A DNA stretch of 64,000 bases from Macrostomum lignano. Taxonomy: Eukaryota. Made by a program: the position numbers and the translations under genes. The notes under the pieces are model-generated. The model had not been told where the DNA came from, searched no databases, and saw only the letters and a program-made list of their open reading frames with translations. The stretch spans positions 70,679-134,678 of the forward strand of contig NIVC01001285.1 in assembly GCA_002269645.1 (NCBI GenBank), given 5' to 3'. This document shows, one piece after another, positions 50,432-63,750 of this stretch (positions are counted from its first letter, which is position 1; each line of letters begins with the position of its first letter).

Positions 50432-51809
50432 TTAGCAATATAACCCGCGAACCCCTCCTCGCGACTCGCGAAATAAAGAATTCACCTGAAGTGAAAGCGT
50501 CGTGATCATTTTTTTAATTCGCGTTCTTTTAATATTTTTTTCTGTTTGATGTCCGCCGACGCCTGAAATTATCGGGTCACTCAGTTGCAGCGGTCGAAAC
50601 TCCTTTGAAGTTTCGATATTCGATGTTCCATTGTAGTGCAATTGCAGTCATAATTTAAGATCGCGATGATACAATTTCCTTACCTGTGCTCATTTACACT
50701 TTGATCTGTTGCCCATCATTATATAACCAGTGAATTATTTGCAAAATTATCAACTGAATTCAGTAATTCCTAACTCTTTGAGCAATGAGCTAATCCTATT
50801 CTCAGTAATCATCTCTATGACCAAAATGACTTCATTTTATCAGCAATGAATCCAAGGCAAAACCAACTGTATGACCAATGAATCCATTCTGCAGTGTGCA
50901 ACGAAAATATTATATGACCAATAAAACACTTTCATATCAATCCCACATTTATTTTACAATTTTAACATCCACGCCATGACAAATGGTTCCTATCCATGAC
51001 CAAACGATTTATTCCTAGGCTAAGTTAAGTTAATCTTCTGTATGACTAACAAACCTACACTATATGAAATGTTAATGAGCCCAATAAGCTGTGTTAATGT
51101 TCTCTATATGACCAATGTAAGCAATATGACGAATATATCGTGACTGTTAATCACTGAACTACTTCAGTTCAGGGACGTCGCCACGAGGGGGACAGGGGGA
51201 CATGTCCTCCCTGAGGCTGGCAGGCGCCAAATGAATCCCAAAAAGAGTGCTAACAACACCCATTCCCAAAATAATGCAGAAATTTTTGACGTGTAGAATT
51301 ATTAAACTTGAACTCCGACTTTTACAGTCCGTCAGTTTATACGTTCGAAGCTAGAAGAGTAGTTACGCAATGAAAACAGACACCAGATTCTTAAAAAAAG
51401 AGACTTGCACTCGTAGATTCGCAAACGAATACAGTGAATACACAGCTATAGATATATTTCATTTTTGTTGCGCAATCCATTTAAGGCAAGACATTTAAAG
51501 CCTTCGTTTTCGCTTGCACGTTGCAATAAAGATTTATAAAATTGCAACTGTCGGTTTTGTTATTCTATTCTAATTCACTAGCCAATTAAAATAATTGTGA
51601 CGAAATGGACAATTAAACTTGAAGGTACGCTGAAATCTCGAATCCTCCACAATTAAAGCTTTGCAGCATGTTTATCAAGCTAATGTACTTATATATTTTT
51701 GTAGGAAGGGTCTGGACAGTCCGCTGACACACACACAGACAGGCAGACAAGCAAAGAAAAAATACCATATATCATGCGAAATCTACGTGTACTCGTATGG
51801 TATGATAGA
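50432..51809 (-). mobile_element. Probable non-autonomous Helitron of a different family, upstream of ASCL
   Basis: 3' end CTAA|T with hairpin CGCGA-acccctcc-TCGCG about 13 nt inside. Candidate 5' end A|TCTATCATAC at 51809, followed by a (GT)n/CAGAC microsatellite as in the other Helitrons. Confidence 0.45.
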
Positions 51810-52029
51810 TATAAAGAGGTTGTAAATTTCCTCTAAAACTACGAGTAGTAAAGAAATGTAGGAGACTTGAAAATCAGTATCCAAAAGGTGACAAAGGCAA
51901 TAAATAAAAATGTAGAAGCTGCTAACATTGCTACTGACAGTAATGGATAGAGTAGATCAGGGAAGAATATGTACCAGCACATCAGTGCGAAATCCTGATC
52001 TTCTTCACTCTCCACTCCTTTACCTTCTC

Positions 52030-52670
52030 CTATACCCTTCCCTGCACCCTCCCCTTCGCCCTCCCCTACACCATAGTCTTCACCCTCTCTGTACCCTTCC
52101 CCTGCACCCTCCCCTGCACCCTCTCCTGCACTCTTGCTTCAACCTTCTCTGCACCCTCCCCTGCGCCCTCCCCTACACCCTAGCCTTCACCTTCTCTGCA
52201 CCCTCCCCTGCGCCCTCCCCTACACCCTAGCCTTCACCTTCTCTGCACCCTCCCCTACGCCCTCTCCTGCATCCTTTGCTTCAACCTCCTTTGCACCCTC
52301 CCTTGCCCCCTCTCCTGCACCCTTTGCTTCAACCTCCTTTGCACCCTCCCTTGCCCCCTCTCCTGCACCCTTTGCTTCAACCTCCTTTGCACCCTCCCTT
52401 GCCCCCTCTCCTGCACCCTTTGCTTCAACCTCCTTTGCACCCTCCCTTGCCCCCTCTCCTGCACCCTTTGCTTCAACCTCCTTTGCACCCTCCCTTGCCC
52501 CTTCTCCTGCACCCTTTGCTTCAACCTTCTCTGCAGCCTCCCCTACTCCCTCTCCTGCATCCCCTCTTGCACCCTCTGCTTCAACCTCCTTTGCACCCTA
52601 CCTTGCCCCTTCTCCTGCACCCTCTCCTACACCTTCTTCTGCACCCTCCCCTGAACCCGCCCCTTACGCT
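52030..52670. repeat. C/T-rich minisatellite with a 48-bp core (tgcaccctcccttgccccctctcctgcaccctttgcttcaacctcctt)
   Basis: Tandem array with degenerate flanks. Confidence 0.9.
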
Positions 52671-53309
52671 TCAAACTCTATTCTGTCACGAGTAGTTGAA
52701 AAATAGTTTTTTCTTAACGAAAAATTCAGCGATAAAACACAACAATAAAAAACCCAGAATGCGCCTAAGCTAAGTAGTGTCAGAAGAAAATTAAGTTAAT
52801 ACGAGATGTTTAAAGTTACTTAGGCGAGCGAGACTGCAGGCTGGGTAAAGCTCCTATAGGCATAAAGCAAGATGGCATTAGTTAGTACTAGAAAGATAAA
52901 TAAACTATTTCTGTGAGAGTACAGTACGCATGCGCCTGCGCATACACGCACGCAGACAGGCAGATAGCTAGATAGTTGATGCACCAGCTACTCCATAATC
53001 ACAATGCACATTTCTCCTAGTTAGCAAGCAGGTAAGAGAGAAATATGCTTAACCCAGGTAAAAGCCAACACGCAAAGGCTGCAGCAAATTTTGCCAAGAT
53101 ATTATAATAGAACGACACTAAACTAGATTATCTGTCAGTGAATCAGCTGGCTAAAAACCATTAGCAAGCGCACATACCATATATATAATTATCTGAATCC
53201 CCGTTAGAGCTTTGCTTCAGAAACAGTGGATGAAAATTGGAAACAAGTACTCGCATACCCGGTTGACAACTGCAAAAAAACGACTTTTCTAAAAAAAACA
53301 AAATTAAAA

Positions 53310-56300
53310 ATGGCCGAATCTGCAGAAGGAGAAGGTAATTATTCTTTTATCAATGCTGCTTTGGCTTTCTAGAATAAATATTAAAACCAATCTAGATCAA
53401 GAGTGCAGTTGTTAGCTCAAGTTTGTTCCAAAATATTTGGCGCGAAAAGTTACACTCTGTTTTTGGCGCCACTTTGCAAACTGAAAACGGTGCCCCATAT
53501 TACATTCTGTTTTTGGCGCCACTTTGCAAACTGAAATTGGCACCCCATATTACACTCTGTTTTTGGCGCCACTTTGCAAACTGAAATTGGCGCCCCATAT
53601 TACACTCTGTTTTTGGCGCCACTTTACAAACTGAAATCGGCGCCCCATATTACATTCTGTTTTTGGCGCCACTTTGCAAACTGAAATCTGCACCCCATAT
53701 TATATTCTGTTTTTGGCGCCACTTTGCAAACTGAAATCTGCACCCCATATTATATTCTGTTTTTGGCGCCACTTTGCAAACTGAAATCTGCACCCCATAT
53801 TACATTCTTTTTTTGGCGCCACTTTGCAAACTGAAATTGGCGCCCCATATTACACTCTGTTTTTGGCGCCACTTTGCAAACTGAAAACGGCGCCCCATAT
53901 TACATTCTTTTTTTGGCGCCACTTTGCAAACTGAAATCGGCGCCCCATATTACACTCTGTTTTTGGCGCCACTTTGCAAACTGAAATCTGCGCCCCATAT
54001 TACATTCTTTTTTGGCGCCACTTTGCAAACTGAAATCTGCACCCCATATTACATTTTGCTTTTGGCGCCACTTTGCAAACTGAAATCTGCACCCCATATT
54101 ACACTCTGTTTTTGGCGCCACTTTGCAAACTGAAATCTGCACCCCATATTACATTTTGCTTTTGGCGCCACTTTGCAAACTGAAATCTGCACCCCATATT
54201 ACACTCTGTTTGGCGCTGTCACCAACTTCACAAGTTGGGGACGATAAATCTCGGTAGTGTGACCTACACGTAGTTATCAATAAATCTAACTGTCGGTGCC
54301 AATAGTTGCTCTTTCCTGATGCTTCGATTCAGACGTTCTCGAGACGCCCGCCGAAATTGATCAGCCGCTGTTGTACGAGTCCTTCAATCTGCCCGACATT
54401 CAATGCTCAGTGCCCCAGTCTGCGTCTTCTTCGACCGGCGTTGAGCGTGAAAACACCGAATCTGCTGACATCGCGCCGCGGCGCCGATTCCAGTCAGAGT
54501 TTCAGCGCCACGCCAGCCTGCGCGCCGTCATCGAGGCCACGCATCGTCGACTGGCCGACGGCTTCGACGAGATGCAGCTGGCGATGAGCTCTGCCGACGA
54601 GATGCCGATGCCGGTGCCTTGGAGACTCGGGGACGTCGACATCGGAGCTCAATTTGAGTCGACAGCGACGCTTCGAGCTGAGCAGCGCCTGCTGGTGTTC
54701 GGCGGCCCCACCAGCGGGAAATCCGGTCTGATCAATCGTCTCCTAGGAGAAGACATCATGCCAATTGGAGTTGGCAGCCTGCTGCTATGCCAGGCCGGCT
54801 TGACGCATCTGCACTTCAGCGAGCGGCCGTTTGTCCGATTCTCGGGCTCAGCGTTCCCGAACCAGCCGCCTGTCGAGCTGGACCCAAGCAGACCGTTGGC
54901 CGGCCAGGTTCGAACCTTCTTGCTTAGCGACGACTTCGAGCCGCAACGGTCGGCTTGGGCATCGATGGACGGCTGCGCGCTGGAGATCGGTGCACCAATG
55001 GAGCTCATGAGGTGCCAGCTGGCTTTCGTGGAGGTGCCTAGCGATTGCGTTGATCATCTAGTCAGGGAGAGGCTGCTTCGAGAGCTGGCTAGATCGAAGA
55101 ATCACACTGTGGTGTACGTTATCGACAGTCAGAAGGGATTTTGCAATCAGGTGAGGTTTCTGGGATTGTTGTCCATTTTAAATTGATGCTTTAGGTGTAT
55201 ATTGGCAATCCGCTGGCTTCCGCTGGGTGATGACATTCATCGAGGCCTTTACTGTATAATCCGAAGAAATTCAAGCTTGGTTATAGTGCTATAGTATATA
55301 GTGCTTGGTTTTCTGTGGGCAAAATAACCGCGCTAAAACCAGTTTTGTTGCGTGGATCTCAGATACTTGGAATCCAAACTTTTTTCTATACGAAACACTT
55401 CCCAGGACCGAGAATTCTTGTTATTCCTTCGGGCTAATCGACCAGAGGATCGAGTCATCTACATAGTAAACAAAGTCGACTACGATCCAGAAGCCGAGTT
55501 CATGGACTGCAACACGGACGATGAAGATTCGAACGACGAAGATGAGCAATCCGACGAGATCTGCTCGGTGCATCGCAGCGGCGAGGAGACTCAGCAGCGG
55601 AAACTTCGTCTGGTGAATGACCAACTTCTGCGCTACAGGCTGGTGGATCCACGATCCGGTGTCGACGGTCGAGCTCGAAGCGTCTTCCCAATTTCTTTGA
55701 TTCGTCTCCGTGTACCCCTGACCGCTTCTGGCTCTAAAAGTCTAGTGCACAGGCTGAATAGGCAGTACCGAGTTCAGTACGGCGAGCTGCAGGAGGCTCT
55801 GTTCTCCAACCTGTTGGAGACGAGCAGTGCAGGCGTCGACGGCGCTATCGGGCTGTTGTTCCTCAAGGCCTCGTTGGCTTTCGATGCTTTTGCCAGGGAC
55901 CCAGCTAAGGAGGAAGCGGAGTCCAGAGGACCTGCGGCCAAGGATTTGGTCCGAATTGCGGTGTCCGAGGCGAGGGACGCCATCGAGCAGCTGAAGAGGA
56001 AGCTGAAGAACGACATAACAAAGCTGCATCAGGTAATAAATTCGTTTTTGATATTTCCTGATTTTAAGACCTGGTTTGTTTTGTAAATGACTTGTCCGTT
56101 GAATGAAACAACGTTGTTTTGGGGGTGACTTGTTGATAGCATATTCTGTCTCGGATGCCTACACACCGTATATTTATTTTAAGACAGAAACATCCCTTTT
56201 GGAGTTGAGCACACCCTTTTCTGAAGGTAAGCGAGTCTTGGAGAGGTCAGATATACACCCTTAACTTAGACAAAATCCCCTATAGTTCTTAAGGTTAACA

Positions 56301-59248
56301 GACTCTACATAAGGTGGGCACCATTTAATCCAGCAGAAAGGTTTGCAATCCCATCAATAATCCACTCCTAATCGCAGGCCTGCGAAGAGTCGATCATCTC
56401 CGAATGCGGCAATCTGGAGTTCGGACCTCTCCGACTTCACAATCGCATTAGAAATAACGAAGTTGAACAACAGTACCGAACTCAGTTGCACAATTTCGCT
56501 CTCCATCTGCTCAATAGCGAGGTGTCCTCAAGATTAGTGGATTGCTTAGCAAATCTCAGGTCCAGCCTGGCTCTGCTAATTGGCAAAATGCAGAGCCAGT
56601 TGACTAAAGAGTCCACTGAGGCTGGCGGCTTCGTTGACAGTCAGTGGAACGAAGTGGTCAGGCTGCAGACTCAGGAGGCTCAGTGCGTGGCTGCCAGGAT
56701 GGATCAGCTGTCCATCGAGTGGGAGGGCGATTTCAAGTTTTTCACCTGGATGCGGAGACTGGTGGCCAAGAAAGGTCAAGCCAGTGGCGGAGCAGTCTTC
56801 AGCACCTCCGAGTGGAAGGTTTGTCAATTAGCTTTATTGTTTCGTTAAGCCTGTTAATCCCTTTCATATTGCTGAAAGATCTATCAACTTATATCGACAT
56901 GTCAGAAGATTTAACCGATCACGTAGCAGGATTATGTGCCATTGGGGATAGAACGAAGAGTCAAAAGAGAGATAAATTGAGGAAGAATAGAATCAAGTTT
57001 CAGAAAATAGAATGAAATGTCAGATGATATAATTAATAATCAGATAGTAGACTAAAGTGTTAGAAGATGTGCAAAGTCAGAGAATCTGACGATTGAATAA
57101 AGGTTTTATAGAATACAATGAATTTTTAGAGATTAGATAGAACGACATTTCACAAAAAATAAAGACAAAAATTAAAGGACAGAATAAGATTTAGTGAACA
57201 AAGACTTTAGCCATCTTCAAATTTGATTCACGCAGGAATCGGTGGCGAAGGACTTTTACCAGCATATCAACCTGTCTGCGGTAGTGAAGAAGTTCTTCGC
57301 TAATCTCGAAGCAAAACTGCTACAAACCGAGCGCCGTCTCCAAGGCCTGGCCGCATCAAGACAGCGCTGCGGCACTCGCCTTCGACGACTGCTTCGCAAA
57401 AATCATCCGGGCGCTTGCGCAGCCTGGCGCGCGGCCCAGCGTTGCCTGGCAACGGCTGATGCATTGCGCAACGCTCAACGCTTCGGCCTAGTCGATTTGG
57501 GAGAAGTCCTCTACGACGGGCGTCTGGGATGTCAGCGGGCTTTGGTCAGAGAAGACTTCGGGGGCAGCTGCGTGCCGGGACTTCAAGCGGCAACGGTGCT
57601 TCGACCGGACGGTCATCTTGGTAGCATCTGCAGCTTGTACCTCGGTCAGCGACGACAAAGGCGCTGGCTGCTGCCTAATGAGTGGACTGTCGCTCCGATT
57701 TTGGTGTCACTAACCAGAGAAGCCTGTCGAATGTGCGTTTTGCATAACGCTTACACTTGCTCGCTGGCGGATGCCTTGCAAAATGGCAAATACTCGAATA
57801 AGCAGGCTTTCTGGCTGTTGCAGAGTCTGCTTCAACTGTGCCAGATATGCGCAGCAGCGGCGGCCGCGGAGAGCGGAACCAACGGCGACGATGAAGGTGG
57901 CTGCGAGCAGTGCAGCTGGTTGACCTGCGACACTGTGCGGGTGAGTCACTATTTGGTCATTCACACTCCGAAATCATCTTCAAGTTCTTTCTGTTTTTTT
58001 TTCAGCACGAGCTATTCGTACTTACTCTGCTGTGATTTTCCGGGTTGTGTTTACTTTAGCTAAGATAGATTTTTTAGTATTATGCCTCTACTGCTACGGC
58101 GTGTAAGAAAGTAGTATTATTAGGAAAAATAATTGTAATTTAAAAGAAAATTTCAAACTGTTTATCATCGGTACGGCTAAAAGAAAAAGCAGCACAGTTG
58201 TGTAACAACACAGCTGCTGTCTGTCAGGCTTCCATGTTCGGCCTGAATAATTTGAAGCTTGGCTTGAACCCCCAAAGCACAGATAGTGTACATTCCTGAC
58301 GATTAGTATGTCTGGACCGCTGTACACCCCGTTTGAGCGCGTGTAAGATTGCGTGCCAGTGGTACATGTACATTATTGGGGCTCTTGCGTGTGCTCAAGA
58401 GTCAGCGGAGTGGACGGAAATGCCATCAGCGCTGGTTGTGAGATGACTTTCGCAAGTGTTGCGCCAGGGTATCGAAAACCTTTCTGCAATTATTTTTTCC
58501 TAATTAAATATCTATTCAACTAAAAACATTCCAGGTGCGATTCGAAGCAGGCTTCGCCACGGCCATGATCGACTGCCTCGACGAGCCGCTTCAGGTGACG
58601 AGATCGAAAAAGCGCCAACAGCAACAGCAGCAGCAGCAACAGCCGCAACAGCACCAGCATGCGTTGAACCGCCCGACTTTAGTAGCTCAACAATCCACCA
58701 CTGTTCAGCACTCACCATTCCGTCAGATCAAGGAAGCCTACAAGCGGTCTCGATCGGTAGACGCCCTCGGAGATGGACCGTCATCGGCTGGTGCGACGTC
58801 CGCTGTAGCGACAGAGCCGGGCATCGGGGTGGAGACTCCGTGGGAACGACGCGAACTGGATAACTTCCTGCTTCTGGCTCTGATGATTCTGTGTCGTCGA
58901 AGGTTGGACTACATCGATGGGCAGTTAATTGACTGGTTCAGCGTGTCATCGTCTGGAATTTCGCAACAACAACAACAACATCAGCTAGTTTCTGAAGTAG
59001 CATTGCAAGAGCATCAGGTCGGATCGCTTAGTGAGCTGCTCGCAGGCGTCGTGAAGGGTCAGGAGCGTTCGGGCCACAACTATTCGACGGCCCTGGTGAT
59101 ACCGGAGCCGTGGGAGACCGTCTCCAGGCTGCTTCTCGGTTGCTCTGACCAACAGGCGGAGACAGCAACTGCTGAGGCCGGTGAAAGTCGATGGGATCTG
59201 ATTTCCGCCTTTGTTGAAAACGGGCTGAAGAATGAGCTGGCAAAGTAG
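53310..59248 (+). CDS. DSTYK-like protein: dynamin-type G domain, helical region and degenerate kinase (exons 53310-53334, 54333-55150, 55406-56032, 56378-56818, 57236-57940, unresolved 57941-58534, 58535-59248)
   Basis: Exons 1-5 join in frame. P-loop GGPTSGKS and G4 NKVD are present. LRRLLRKNHP...DLGEVLYDGRLG aligns with DSTYK RVRKDHAP...KLGQELGRGQYG, from memory. Confidence 0.75.
53450..54212. repeat. 50-bp minisatellite (ttttggcgccactttgcaaactgaaatctgcaccccatattacattctgt), about 15 copies; intron 1
   Basis: Period 50 (53465, 53515, 53565). Confidence 0.96.
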
Positions 59249-59867
59249 ATCTCCTGTTGATGTTTAAGCGTTACTGCGACTGAAGAATATCGGTTGACTT
59301 TGGCTAAGTCATTTCAGTTTGGTCTCCGTTTGGTCTGGCCACTTCAACTACAAAGTAAACTTGAACTTATGTTTACTTTTTTATCATTCAATTGTTCTCA
59401 ATATTTGCAACTTTTTACTCTTTTTTTCTGACCTTATCTGTGTTTAAAGCCCAAAAGAGTACCTAAACTACATTTCTGCTCTCTCTCCAACCGCTCTGCA
59501 ACCTCTCTCCCGCCTGTATCCAGTCTCTATCCAGCCTCTCTCCAGCCTCTCTCCAGCCTCTCTCCAGCCTCTCTCCAGCCTCTCCCTAACCCAGTTGTAG
59601 TTTTGCAAAAGTGATTTGCTCAATAAAAATGCTAATGCATCACATCAGTAAATTTCGTATTAATTAAACATAAGGTTCCAAAAACGTGTATGGAATTTAT
59701 TTTGTACATTTTTATCCACGATATATTATTGACTAATAAAGAATCAATCTACGAGCGTAATAATACTTCGTTAAAAATAAACTTCCCGAAAGTGTTCTTT
59801 TAACGTATCAGGAGATACTTCTGTTTAATAGAACTATTGGGCTCGTAGCACTTTAGATAACTACGGT

Positions 59868-60300
59868 CAAATCTGCTGTAGATCTACTGAGCTCTCAAGC
59901 TAGCTGTAAGATCCACTATCGAATCTGCTGTAGATCTACTGAGCTTTCGGGCTAGCTGTAAGATCTGCTATCGAATCTGCTGTAGGTCTACTGAGCTCTC
60001 GGGCTAGCTGTAAGATCTGCCATCAAATCTGCTGTAGGTCTACTGAGCTCTCAAGCTAGCTGTAAGATCTACTATCGAATCTGCTGTAGATCTACTGAGC
60101 TCTCGGGCTAGCTGTAAGATCTGCCATCAAATCTGCTGTAGGTCTACTGAGCTCTCGGGCTAGCTGTAAGATCTGCTATCGAATCTGCTGTAGATCTACT
60201 GAGCTCTCTGGCTAGCTGTAAGATCTGCTATCGAATCTGCTGTAGATCTACTGAGCTCTCTGGCTAGCTGTAAGATCTGCTATCGAATCTGCTGTAGATA
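59868..60300. repeat. 52-bp minisatellite, about 8 copies, rich in short palindromes (AGATCT, GAGCTC, GCTAGC)
   Basis: Period 52 (59921 to 59973). Confidence 0.95.
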
Positions 60301-60626
60301 TTTTTTCAAGGATGCTGTCATACTAACTGCTATAAAATTTCCAAATTCTGAGGGAATGCTTCTGATCGCTTACTATGCAGGCTCGACATTTTAGCCAGCC
60401 AACCAAATTGCAGCTCACCATAGGGGCCATTCAATCTTGTATCTCTTTGGAAACAAAAGCAAAAACCAATCGGCGGAACCAGCCAATGTTCTAGTAGTTG
60501 GTTTAGATAGCAAAAAGCTAATATCACTATTCTTACATGGCGGCAAGAGCCTCTTAATACTGCTTTGAATAGTTATAACAAACATTTTCCCAGATAAGGT
60601 TAAAGTTTCACAATAGCCACAACGCC

Positions 60627-63600
60627 ATGTCGACTCTCAGCAGAGACAAGCAGATCTGGTGGGCCCTGTTGCTGCTTGCTGTGACTTTCCTTACTCAACA
60701 ATGTGCGGCGATTAAATGGCTGTAAGTAGACTGACTGAATCATGCATTAATTTATTTCTACATGATCTGCATCAAACAGATGGCATCGTATTTAGAGCTG
60801 GTACCTAGGGAATACCAAAGGAAATTACAAGTAACTTGGTGCGCGTACTGAGAAGTGCTTAAGCATTAAAGGAAAAACCATGTCGTCTAGAGATGTTTCC
60901 GGGTGTTTATAGAGCACTATTGAAGTGTGCAGAACAATGCCAAGGGTAACTAGAGCAGTACCAATGTTTTTAAAGTAGTAGGTGCCAAGTAAAGTCACTC
61001 CAAAGTTGTCAATTAAAGTGCCGTGTTGCCTATAGCGGTATCCAGGTGTTCACATAAGTATCGTCTCAAGATGCCTGGAGAAGAAGTTTAAAGATGTCTA
61101 GAGAAGTCTGATGATGCTTAGAGAAGTCTGAAGATGTCTATAGAAGTCTGAAGATGTCTATAGAAGTCTGAAAATGTCTAGAGAAGTCTGAAGATGTATA
61201 GAGAAATCTGATGATGTCTAAAGGAGTCTGAAGATGTCTAGAGAAGTTTTAAGATGTCTAGAAAAGTCTAAATATGTCTAGAGAAGTCTAAATATGTCTA
61301 GAGAAGACTGAATATGTCTAGAGAAGTCTAAGGATGTCTAGAGACGTCTGAGAATGTCTAGAGAAGACTGAAGATGTCTACAAAAGTTGGAAGATGTCTA
61401 GAGAAGTTTAAAGATGTCTAATACAGTCTAAAGATGTCTAGAGAAGTCTAGAGATGTCTATAGTAGCCTGAAAATGTCTAGAGAAGCCTGACTATGTCTA
61501 GAGATGTCTGAAGATGTCGTGAGAAGTCCAAATGTGGTTTCAAAAGTGCTAACTTGCTTGGCCGTGCTTTGAAGAGACTCAAGTTGGTCTCTAAAAAGAT
61601 TATATATCGAGTATTTACCAACTTTCTTAAAAATTCTTAGGCAGACGTCGAAAGCGAAAATGGCATTTTGGGGTCATCAAACAGTGGCACAACAATTAAA
61701 AAAGCCTGAAAGAGGCTGCTTAACTCATATAAAATACTTTATGTCCTGGTCATGAAATATAACTATTTGTTAACTAATTGATGCCAACTGAGGACATTGA
61801 AATAACCACAATCTTCTTTTGGCGGCACTCGTTCGCCAGCCAGCTAGCTACAAGAAAAAGGTATCTGCAGAAAGAATTTCTTCTAGAAGAGAGGAGAATT
61901 CGGATTCAGAATGGATTTCTATTTTTTATTATCGGCACTCAATGCTTGCGACTTTCAACCAGAGTGGACCCTCAGTCCATTGCATTGCATAGCGCAGCTT
62001 TATGGGACCTAGACAGACCGAAATCTGTTATTTACAACAATCCATAGGAGTTTGACCCTCACCAGTATTTTACCGAAAAATCCCCGATCTGCGCTCTCAG
62101 CTCGCAGTCCCCCAAGGCCCCCCAAGTATTATTGCTTTGTTTGCGGCGAGAGAAACGCGCAAGTTTTTGTTGCCAAGAGTCAAGAGAGAGAGGGACAGCG
62201 GCAGAGCCAGACTGGGAACGGATACTAAAATTTAATGACCCCTCGGCTCGGGTACAATACGAATACGACACGCCGAAAAAAGAGGAGAGGAGAGTGAACG
62301 GACCAGCGCGGCGTTTTTATAAGAAGCCTCTACCTGTGCCATCTGTTCCCAAATCGGGGGTGGAGGCATGCGCGGTGTCTGGCAAACCTGGTAATGGGAG
62401 GAAGCTAAGGGAAGAAGGACAGACCCGCAGACACCAATATCCCACCCTGTGTCATAAAGTCTCAGACCCCTTTAGTGTCGAGTTCGATGTTTAGAGGTGG
62501 GCAATAAATCCCAAACACGAGGGTGCCTCCCAGTTCCAACTTGGATGGTTTTTGGTACAACTTACGCTCGCGCACATCCTGAACTGATGCGATTCAGGAA
62601 TTCAGCCTTGGCTGCACCCGGGCAATAAGCATTAAATGTTGATTTACAATCCCAATTTAAGTTCTATAATAGGCTGTCTATATTTGTAGCAGCCTTTTAG
62701 AGATACAACGCATCGACTTGTTTTGTTTTGAGAGCGAAAGCTATAATATTCTTTGGGCTTTTCCTTGGACTTGGACTGTCTGGTCGGTCCCTCCCAGTTT
62801 CTAGTGCAACGGAAACAGACGCGCCGCATCGGCAAGGAATTTACAGCCTTTCTCTTTGTTGTTCGGGCGGCTTTTCATGTGGTGGTAGAGTTTTAGTTTT
62901 TTTTAAAAAGAAAGCTTCATGCTGCGTGTAGTCAAACTGTTCGTAATAAACGCTAGTACTGTAGACGTCTGGGTTCCTGAAAACAACTGGGTTACTGCAA
63001 ATTCAGGCTCAATCAAGTTCCAATAGGAATATGCGGAACTATGGCTGGCAAGAAAATGATACTTTTAAATCCTTAGTAGATTTGTTATTAATTAAAGTGT
63101 AACAAAGCAGATCGATGTGCCAATTCAAAAAGGTAGATCAAAGTCTTCTGGCAACACAAGCAAGCCCGTGCAACGCTCCGATTAGGAAATGACGTTATCC
63201 ATCGGTGCAATGTAAAAGCACCCTTTTGCCATCGAAATCTCAAGTCTCAACAATTAAAATAGATCGATGTTAACTTTCAGGGGCTAGTGCATTAATGTAC
63301 TTTTAATAACGCCAATGAAAATATAATTTTAACACAAAAATTTGTACCATTCTAGTTAATACCATTGAAAGTTAAAAGGTAGTTAAAAAAACTTTTTTAC
63401 TCACTTCTTCAGCGGGCTAAACAACTACAGCCAGCTCACGGAAGGCCGACTCCAAGCCGAGTTCTTCTGCAACCGGATGCGTCAGCTGGACGTGCTGAAC
63501 CGGAAGCAGTTCAAATTCTGCAAAAAATTCGCCGTAGAAAGGTCAGACGCTGGGCGCGTGAGTGCCGTGATCAAGTCGCGCACATCACGGTGGAAACTTG

Positions 63601-63679
63601 CCAAAAGCAGTTTCGACACTTCGATGGGACTGCAGCGTGCTCAGACACGTGCCTGAGCTGGCGCCCGAGCTCAAGTCGC
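60627..63679 (+). CDS. WNT11: Wnt11-like ligand, 5' part (exons 60627-60721 and 63413-63679); continues beyond the window; two apparent 1-nt deletions in exon 2
   Basis: Signal peptide ending CAAIKWL at a phase-2 intron. Then FCNRMRQLDVLNRKQFKFC..., TVETCQKQFRH and RWDCSVLRHVPELAPELKS in successive frames, ending at a phase-1 donor typical of Wnt genes. Confidence 0.8.
61070..61520. repeat. 20-bp minisatellite (tctagagaagtctgaagatg), about 22 diverged copies; Wnt intron 1
   Basis: Tandem array, seen directly. Confidence 0.92.
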
Positions 63680-63750
63680 GTGAGTTAAAGCGTTACGGGG
63701 ATCAAAAATATCACCATTTTGACATTTTGATAATTTGATCCTAACTTTGT

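Noticed and set aside
53450-54212. CRISPR-like appearance of the 50-bp array (also the 52-bp array at 59868 and the 70-bp array at 6243)
   Set aside because: The intervening sequence is repeated rather than unique, there are no cas genes, and the context is eukaryotic.
61778-62931. Short ORFs in Wnt intron 1, possibly a retroelement remnant
   Set aside because: No recognisable RT, endonuclease or gag motifs could be identified by eye.
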